Both the position numbers and the translations under genes were made by a program. The notes beneath the pieces were generated by a model. It searched no databases, was not told where the DNA came from, and worked only from the letters and a program-made list of their open reading frames with translations. Shown in pieces: positions 57,734-64,000 of a stretch of DNA of 64,000 bases. How positions within the stretch are numbered: the stretch's first letter is position 1; each line of letters starts with the position of its first letter. The stretch is from Longimicrobiales bacterium. Lineage in GTDB: Bacteria; Gemmatimonadota; Gemmatimonadetes; Longimicrobiales; Gaopeijiaceae. The stretch is taken from assembly GCA_965238005.1 (NCBI GenBank), contig OZ250165.1, positions 4,032,001-4,096,000 of the forward strand, in the 5' to 3' direction.

Positions 57734-58857
57734 GTGAGCACCTCCTCCAGCGCCTCCAGGACGACCTCGAGCTCCGCCAGCGTGTGATCGCCCATGTGTC
57801 CGATCCTGAAAGTGGTGCCCTTCAGCTTGCCGTATCCCCCTCCGATCACGAAGCCCCGCTCCTTCATGGCGGAGACCACTGAGGGTCCCTCGACTCCGTC
57901 GGGCAGCACCACGCACGTCACCGTCGGCGATCGCTCATCCTCGGCCGCCAGGATGGAAAGACCCACCCCGTGCTCGTCTCGCATGGAGTCCACCCACTGC
58001 GCGCAGCGCTCCGCCATCGTACGGTGACGGGCCCACCGACTTACCATCCCCTCTGACTCGATACGACAGAGCTGCATCGCCAACGCGTATAAGAGCGACA
58101 CGGCCGGTGTGTTCGGCGTGTGGAGGTTGTCGAGCTGCTTCGCAAAAATCTCCAGATCGAAGTAGACGCCCTTTCTCGGGGCTTCAGCGGATCGGGCCAT
58201 GAGCCGCTCCGATGCCACGCCGAAAGCGAGCCCCGGCGGCAGAGCCAGCGCCTTCTGGGATCCCGTCAACACGAAGTCCAGCTCCCACTCGTCCGTTTGG
58301 ACCTCCACCCCTCCCACACCCGTCACCGAGTCCACGAGGAGTACCACGTCGTCAACTTCGCGGACAGCTTCCGAGATCTCGGCAAGGGGGTTCAGAGCGC
58401 CGGTAGAGGTCTCCGAGTGGACGACCGTCACCGCGTCGAAGCCGCCCTCTGCCAGCCGCACCCGGACCGAATCGGGGGAGACGGTCTGGCCCCACTCCAC
58501 CTCCAGTGTATCGACCTCGAACCCGCACGCTCTGGCGATGTCGGCGAAGCGCTTGCTGAACGCTCCGTTGACCAGGCTCAGCACACGTGACCGCACCCCG
58601 TTTCGTGCGGCGGCCTCCATGAGACCGGTGGCCGAGGAGGTGGACACCAAAACGGGTCTCGTCGTGCGGAAGACCTTCTTGAGGCCACCCTGCAGCTCGC
58701 CCATCAGCTCCCTGAAGGCCGGGCCCCGGTGGCCGATGATGGCTTGCACCTGGGCGAGGAGCACTTCGGGGCGGACTTCGGTAGGGCCGGGAAGAAAGAA
58801 CCGGCCGAAAGGTGGCACGTCCTCGGAAGACGACGGCTCCACTTCGTATCTCCTCAC
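57730..58857 (-). CDS. Class V PLP aminotransferase (AGT/serine-pyruvate type)
   Basis: PGPT, HSETSTG, GSQKALALPPG and FRIGHMG motifs. Confidence 0.93.
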   Translation of the reverse strand: MRRYEVEPSSSEDVPPFGRFFLPGPTEVRPEVLLAQVQAIIGHRGPAFRELMGELQGGLKKVFRTTRPVLVSTSSATGLMEAAARNGVRSRVLSLVNGAFSKRFADIARACGFEVDTLEVEWGQTVSPDSVRVRLAEGGFDAVTVVHSETSTGALNPLAEISEAVREVDDVVLLVDSVTGVGGVEVQTDEWELDFVLTGSQKALALPPGLAFGVASERLMARSAEAPRKGVYFDLEIFAKQLDNLHTPNTPAVSLLYALAMQLCRIESEGMVSRWARHRTMAERCAQWVDSMRDEHGVGLSILAAEDERSPTVTCVVLPDGVEGPSVVSAMKERGFVIGGGYGKLKGTTFRIGHMGDHTLAELEVVLEALEEVLT

Positions 58858-58971
58858 AACGTGTATCGAGCGTGGCGCTGCCGAGCGGGTCGCGGGTCCG
58901 GCTCGCAGCCGTCCCGCCGAGTAGGACCGCGCAAGATAACCCGCATGGCGAGACCGGAAAGACCCATGGGC

Positions 58972-59478
58972 TCAACGCCAGGATTGCTCCCATCGGGTGT
59001 AGTGAACCGTGGTGACCCCGCCACGGGCCAGAACCTCCAGACCCGCCGGATCACGGTAGGCCTCCCGGTAGAACACGTAAGCGACGTTCGCCTGGATCAT
59101 GAGCTTGGCGCAGGCTGCGCAGGGACTGGCGGTCACGAAGGCGACTTTGCCCCGCATGGCGCCCGGGGACTTCACCAGGGCGTTCTGCTCGGAATGGATG
59201 CAGCCACAGCTCCCGGGCGCCGGGCTGTCGCATCGATTCGGAAATCCCCTGGCGTTCCCGTTGTACCCGATGGCCACTACGTTCTCGAGGTGCTCGTCGG
59301 TGACCACGGTCCCGACCTGAAGCCTGGCGCAGGTGCTCCGCTTGGCGAGCTCCTCGGCCATGCGCATGTAGACCTCATACAACGGAGGGCGGGTGACGAA
59401 CGACTCGTCGACCGGCTCGGTGCCGACGTTCAGCGGATGGGTGTTCTCGGGAACGAGGTCTCTATGAAGAGTGGGCAT
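58972..59478 (-). CDS. dCMP deaminase (ComEB-like)
   Basis: RSTC, GYNG, HSEQNA and PCAAC zinc motifs. Confidence 0.9.
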   Translation of the reverse strand: MPTLHRDLVPENTHPLNVGTEPVDESFVTRPPLYEVYMRMAEELAKRSTCARLQVGTVVTDEHLENVVAIGYNGNARGFPNRCDSPAPGSCGCIHSEQNALVKSPGAMRGKVAFVTASPCAACAKLMIQANVAYVFYREAYRDPAGLEVLARGGVTTVHYTRWEQSWR

Positions 59479-59484
59479 CTGCCC

Positions 59485-60009
59485 TCAAGCGGCGGGATCC
59501 ATCAAGTTGAGAAGCTCTCTGAGCATGGTCCGTCCCTGGTCCTTGGTATAATAACGCCGGACCCGCTTGTAGCGCTCGGCCGAGTGCATGGAGAGACCCT
59601 CTTCGACGACCCACTCCTGTAAGGGTCCCGGCCGCGGGCCCCACCAGCCTCGCTCGACGAAGTCCTCGTCCAACAACAGCACCACCGGAATGGACCGGCT
59701 CTTCCCGTCGGTCAGGTGAGCATCCATCAGGTCCGGGTTCCGGTCGCGTGAGAGGACTCGAAGGCCGAGACCCGGTGCCTCCTCCGCCAGGCGGGCCAGG
59801 ACCGGGAGCAGGTTCACGGCGTCGCCGCACCAGTCTTCGGACAGGACCAGGAGATGCCACGTTCCGGGTATCCTACGGGCCTCTTCCAGGATCTCCGGTG
59901 AGATCGATACCCGCTCGTAGATCCCGTGCCAGAGCTCCTTGTTCTCTTCCACTGATTCCAGGTACTTACGGAAGTCCGTGGCCGCCAGGTAACGCTCTTT
60001 CATATTCAT
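59485..60009 (-). CDS. Thioredoxin-like protein (Thioredoxin_9 family)
   Basis: EDWCGD, SIP and WGPRP motifs. Confidence 0.88.
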   Translation of the reverse strand: MNMKERYLAATDFRKYLESVEENKELWHGIYERVSISPEILEEARRIPGTWHLLVLSEDWCGDAVNLLPVLARLAEEAPGLGLRVLSRDRNPDLMDAHLTDGKSRSIPVVLLLDEDFVERGWWGPRPGPLQEWVVEEGLSMHSAERYKRVRRYYTKDQGRTMLRELLNLMDPAA

Positions 60010-60113
60010 TCACTGCCATTCCGCAGGTCTCTGCACGATACAGGTCGAGTAGGACGTCACAGTACTACTCCAACCAGAATCGACGACCCTTATTCCGGGT
60101 TCCACTCGGGGCG

Positions 60114-61943
60114 TCAGGCTTTCTTGCGCGCCGCCCTCTTACGCGCGTGCGGGTCCAGGTGCCGCTTGCGCAGCCGGATGCTGTCCGGGGTGATCTCTAT
60201 GAGCTCGTCGTCCTCGATGAACTCCAGGGCGAGCTCCAACGTGACCTCCCGGGGAGGCTCCAACTTGATGTGCTCGTCCGAGGCCGTCGTACGTATGTTA
60301 GTGAGCTTTTTCCCCTTGCAGACATTGACGTCCAGGTCACCGGGGCGCACGTGCTCACCGACGATCATGCCGCCATAGACAGCTTCGCCGGGCCCGACGA
60401 ACATGGTGGCCCGCTCCTGCAGGTTGAACAGCGCGTAGCCCACCGACGCCCCTTCACGGTCCGCCACCAGCACGCCTCGCTTGCGGCTGGCCAGGGAGCC
60501 GGCGTGGGGACCGTACTCGAGAAACCGGTGGTGGAGCGTCCCCTCTCCCCGCGTGTCGGTGAGAAACTCGGATCGATAGCCGAAAAGACCTCTGGCCGGC
60601 ACCCGAAAGTGCAGACGAACGGGCCCCCGGTCGGTGGGCTTCATCTCGATCATCTCGGCTCGACGCGGCCCCATCTTCTCCATGACCGGCCCGATGAACT
60701 CCTCGGGGACCTCTATGACCGCCTCCTCGAACGGCTCCATCAGGCCCTCGGGGCCCTGCTTCTCGATAACCCGTGGCCGGGACACCTGGAACTCGTAGCC
60801 CTCGCGACGCATGGTCTCCATGAGGATGGCCAGGTGCAGCTCGCCCCGACCCGACACGGCGAAGGTGTCGGGCACGTCGGTCTCCTCCACCCTGAGCGCG
60901 ACGTTTCGCTCCAGCTCCTTCATGAGGCGATCGCGGACCTGCCGCGTGGTCACGAACTTCCCCACGCGTCCCGCAAACGGCGAGTTGTTCACCGTGAAGT
61001 CGACGGATAGGGTGGGCTCCTCCACGACGATCCCTTGGAGCCGCTCCCGAGTCTCCGGATCGGTGATGGTCGTGCCGATCTCCACTCCCTCCAGTCCCGC
61101 CACCGCCACGATCTCACCGGCCATCGCCTCCTCGATCTCGACGCGCTCGAGTCCCTCGAAGCCGTAGAGCTGGGTGACCCGACCCGGCATCACGTCCTCT
61201 GCGGCCACCGGTCCCGGCTCACCGAGCGGGAGGAGCGTCACCGAGTCGCCGACGCGCACACTGCCCCGCTCGACCCGACCGATCCCGATGCGCCCCACAT
61301 AGCTCGAGTAGTCCAGCGTGGAGAGGAGCATCTGCAACGGTCCGTCGGGATCGACGAGGGGCGGCGGAATGTGCTCGGCGATCGTCTCGAACAGGAGGTT
61401 CAGGTCACCACCGGAGCCATGGGGATCCGTGCTCGCCCATCCGTCCCGGCCCACCGTGTAGAGGAAGGGCGCGTCGAGCTGGGCGTCGGACGCCTCCAGA
61501 TTCATGAACAGCTCGAGGACGTCGTCGTGGACCTCCTCGGACCGGGCGTCGGCTCGATCCACCTTGTTGATGAGGACGATGGGCTGGAGGCCGAGCTCGA
61601 GAGCGTTTCTCGTCACGAACCTCGTCTGCGGCATCGGCCCCTCAGCCGCATCGACGAGGAGGAGCACTCCGTCGACCATGCGCAAGATCCGCTCTACCTC
61701 TCCGCCGAAGTCGGCGTGGCCGGGCGTATCCACGATGTTCAGCTTCATGTCGCCCCAGCGCACCGACGTGTTCTTGGCGAGGATCGTGATGCCCCGTTCC
61801 CGCTCCAAGGGGTTGGAGTCGAGTACGCGCTCCTCCACGACCTGGTTGTCGCGAAATACACCCGCCTGGCGAAGCATCTGATCGACCAACGTAGTCTTGC
61901 CGTGATCCACATGGGCGATGATGGCGATGTTCCTGATGTTCAT
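60114..61943 (-). CDS. typA: Translational GTPase TypA/BipA
   Basis: AHVDHGKTT, ERERGITI, DTPGHADFGGEVER, GRGELHL and KKLTNIR motifs. Confidence 0.98.
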   Translation of the reverse strand: MNIRNIAIIAHVDHGKTTLVDQMLRQAGVFRDNQVVEERVLDSNPLERERGITILAKNTSVRWGDMKLNIVDTPGHADFGGEVERILRMVDGVLLLVDAAEGPMPQTRFVTRNALELGLQPIVLINKVDRADARSEEVHDDVLELFMNLEASDAQLDAPFLYTVGRDGWASTDPHGSGGDLNLLFETIAEHIPPPLVDPDGPLQMLLSTLDYSSYVGRIGIGRVERGSVRVGDSVTLLPLGEPGPVAAEDVMPGRVTQLYGFEGLERVEIEEAMAGEIVAVAGLEGVEIGTTITDPETRERLQGIVVEEPTLSVDFTVNNSPFAGRVGKFVTTRQVRDRLMKELERNVALRVEETDVPDTFAVSGRGELHLAILMETMRREGYEFQVSRPRVIEKQGPEGLMEPFEEAVIEVPEEFIGPVMEKMGPRRAEMIEMKPTDRGPVRLHFRVPARGLFGYRSEFLTDTRGEGTLHHRFLEYGPHAGSLASRKRGVLVADREGASVGYALFNLQERATMFVGPGEAVYGGMIVGEHVRPGDLDVNVCKGKKLTNIRTTASDEHIKLEPPREVTLELALEFIEDDELIEITPDSIRLRKRHLDPHARKRAARKKA

Positions 61944-62106
61944 GCGATGACTCGGGGGGACTCGATCTCAGAGCCCCGGGACAAAGGTTACCGACGCGTC
62001 GGAGCCGCCGCCCGAAGGCGGTCGATCGTAAACCTGGAAAGGTAACGGAAGGGCCCCATCCTCGGACCGGGAGACACTCCCGATGAAGCGGGCCCCCACC
62101 GCCCAG

Positions 62107-63084
62107 TCAGTCTCCCAGCACGTGTGAAAAGATTAGGGGAGCCACGATGGAGGCGTCGGACTGTATGTGGAAGCGCGGCGTCTCGGTGGCCAGCTTGCCC
62201 CATGTGATCTTCTCGTTCGGAAGAGCACCGGAGTAGCCGCCGTACGAAGCCGGAGCATCGGTGATCTGGGCAAAGTATCCCCAGAAGGGGGTCTCTCGGT
62301 TCAGATCCTGGAGGATGCATGGCACCGCGCAGATCGCGAAGTCACCGGCGATGCCTCCTCCGATCTGAAAGAAGCCCACCGAAGGTCTCCCCTCGCCCAT
62401 TCCATTGCTCGCGAGATACCACTCCAGAAGGTGCTGGAACTGCTCCGTCCCCGACTTCACGCAGTGATGGTGGGGGACTACGCCCATCATGACGTTGGCC
62501 GCGAAAATGTTTCCCGTGGTCGAGTCCTCCCAGCCGGGGGCGTAGACCGGAATCCCCATCTCCATAGCCGCCAGCACCCACGAGTCCGCCGGGTCGATCT
62601 GGTAGCGTTCCTCCAGGGCACCACCCCGCAGGATCTCGAACAGGAACTCCGATGGGAATCGCCGCTCGTCGGACTCGCACGCCCTCTTCCACTCCTCGGC
62701 AAGGCGGCCCTCCACGTGGCGCATGACGTCCTCGGGAATGCACGTATCGGTGACGCGGTTCATCCCTCTGCGGTAGAGACCGGCCTCATCCTCCACACTC
62801 AACGCACGCCAGTCCGGGATGATCTCATACTCGTGATGGGCCAGGAGATTGAAGACGTCCTCCTCCAGGTTGGCGCCCGTGCACGAGATGGCGTGAACCT
62901 TCCCGTCGCGAATCATGCGGGCGAGGCTCACGCCTAGCTCGCCGGTGGACATGGCCCCCGCCAACGCCACCAGCATCCTCCCACCGGCGCCCACATGGGC
63001 ATCGTACGCCACGGCCGCCGCAAGAGTCTCCCGGGCGTTGAAGTGCCGGTAGTGACGTGTCATGAACTGTCGGATATGACCCAT
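62107..63084 (-). CDS. Deoxyhypusine synthase-like protein (probably homospermidine synthesis)
   Basis: TGANLEED, NRVTD, GGYSGA and EKITWGK active-site motif. Confidence 0.9.
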   Translation of the reverse strand: MGHIRQFMTRHYRHFNARETLAAAVAYDAHVGAGGRMLVALAGAMSTGELGVSLARMIRDGKVHAISCTGANLEEDVFNLLAHHEYEIIPDWRALSVEDEAGLYRRGMNRVTDTCIPEDVMRHVEGRLAEEWKRACESDERRFPSEFLFEILRGGALEERYQIDPADSWVLAAMEMGIPVYAPGWEDSTTGNIFAANVMMGVVPHHHCVKSGTEQFQHLLEWYLASNGMGEGRPSVGFFQIGGGIAGDFAICAVPCILQDLNRETPFWGYFAQITDAPASYGGYSGALPNEKITWGKLATETPRFHIQSDASIVAPLIFSHVLGD

Positions 63085-63185
63085 GCGTAGTTCTCCGCTA
63101 CGGCTGCATAAGATTTCCTGGACTCATGTCCGGTGAAGCTTGTATCCTTGAGATACATTCGAATGATCCCCAGAGGGACCCACCC

Positions 63186-63818
63186 GTGCTCGCACTCATC
63201 TCCGTTGTAGGAATCCTCACCATGCTCTTGGTGGTCACGAGCTCCGTGGGGTACCTCGTGTTGCAGCGTGGACGCATGTGTCCACGCTGCGGTGGCTACA
63301 CCACCCCCATCGTGCTGCGCAGGATGTTGCGCGTCCTTTCACGATGGGTCCAATGGCGCTGGTGCTCCCGGTGCGGGTGGGAGGGCCCAGGCAGAACGGG
63401 CCCGGAGCTGGGCATCCTCGACCCGCCGTTCGACCATGAATCCGGCTTCCGATGGGGTCACCCCAACCTCCAGGGCGTGCCGGTCTTCTACTGGAGAGAC
63501 GAGACCGAGACAGCGGAGACCTCCGACACCCCGTCGGCCCATCCTTCCGGGTTCGACTGGGTCCCGGACGAGTGGGAGGGCACCGACCGACGGGTGGTCG
63601 AGCGCCGTCAAGCCCGGCAGGGCGATCACCCGTCAGGATTTTATTTTCGGGCCTCGCAGGAGTTCGACCCGCCCCGCTTCCAGTGGGCACCGAACAAGCG
63701 GTCGGCTGGCGAGGACGCCGAAGTGCCGTCCCGCCCCCCTTCCGAGCGACCCTGGTATCTTGCCTGGTTCGTCTCCAAGGAGCCGCCGGGCTTTCAGTGG
63801 AAGGCTCCAGGGGACTAG
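63186..63818 (+). CDS. Membrane-anchored zinc-ribbon protein with repeated (H/E/D)P(S/P)GFxW motifs
   Basis: N-terminal TM, CPRC...CSRC and 5-6 short aromatic repeats; GTG 63186 preferred over ATG 63126. Confidence 0.7.
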   Translation: MLALISVVGILTMLLVVTSSVGYLVLQRGRMCPRCGGYTTPIVLRRMLRVLSRWVQWRWCSRCGWEGPGRTGPELGILDPPFDHESGFRWGHPNLQGVPVFYWRDETETAETSDTPSAHPSGFDWVPDEWEGTDRRVVERRQARQGDHPSGFYFRASQEFDPPRFQWAPNKRSAGEDAEVPSRPPSERPWYLAWFVSKEPPGFQWKAPGD

Positions 63819-63836
63819 AAAATCGCCAGTAAGCTC

Positions 63837-64000
63837 CTAGCGCCTCTTCATGACACGTCCGGGCATCAACCCCGTGACCTCCCCATGGGATCCGATCGGC
63901 TCCGCCCCGGCGAGCCAGATTCCTGACCATCTCCTCACGAATCCTGGCCATGGTCTCTGGACGATCGAACCGGGCCGTGAGCGAGTCCACTCCCCCCCGC
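63837..64000 (-). pseudogene. N-acyl-D-amino-acid deacylase-like remnant (partial at the edge)
   Basis: AGGVDSLTARF...RIREEMVRNLARRGGADRI is joined out of frame to the terminal motif GEVTGLMPGRVMKRR*. Confidence 0.55.

Overview
A 64-kb high-GC bacterial chromosome segment. Gene content and style suggest Gemmatimonadota (inference): TolB-like/TPR receptors, an orphan MacB/FtsX permease remnant, a PorX-like regulator, a DUF3108 gene and an LPS locus. Most genes are housekeeping or metabolic: amino-acid, lactate and Na+-dependent transporters, recF-DUF721-gyrB, ssb, rpsU, crotonase/hbd/thiolase, pilT, LPS genes, chdC-cyoE, serA, typA and a DHS-like gene. The most striking accessory feature lies between ssb and rpsU (17.4-21.5 kb). 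Three hypothetical proteins there share two unnamed domains in shuffled order (A; A-B; B-A). They sit with a ribbon-helix-helix-like small protein, a 303-aa orphan protein and a candidate ~80-nt sRNA with twin GCCAA-loop hairpins, its own promoter and a terminator. The window also has three copies of a CTAG-bounded MITE, a candidate attenuator leader, an in-frame amber codon in a leuB-like gene and an MshEN protein with a degenerate ATPase next to pilT. At least six internally deleted or frameshifted pseudogene remnants are present, including a reductive dehalogenase. I could support no CRISPR array, rRNA or tRNA. All family calls come from motif recognition by eye; no database search was run.
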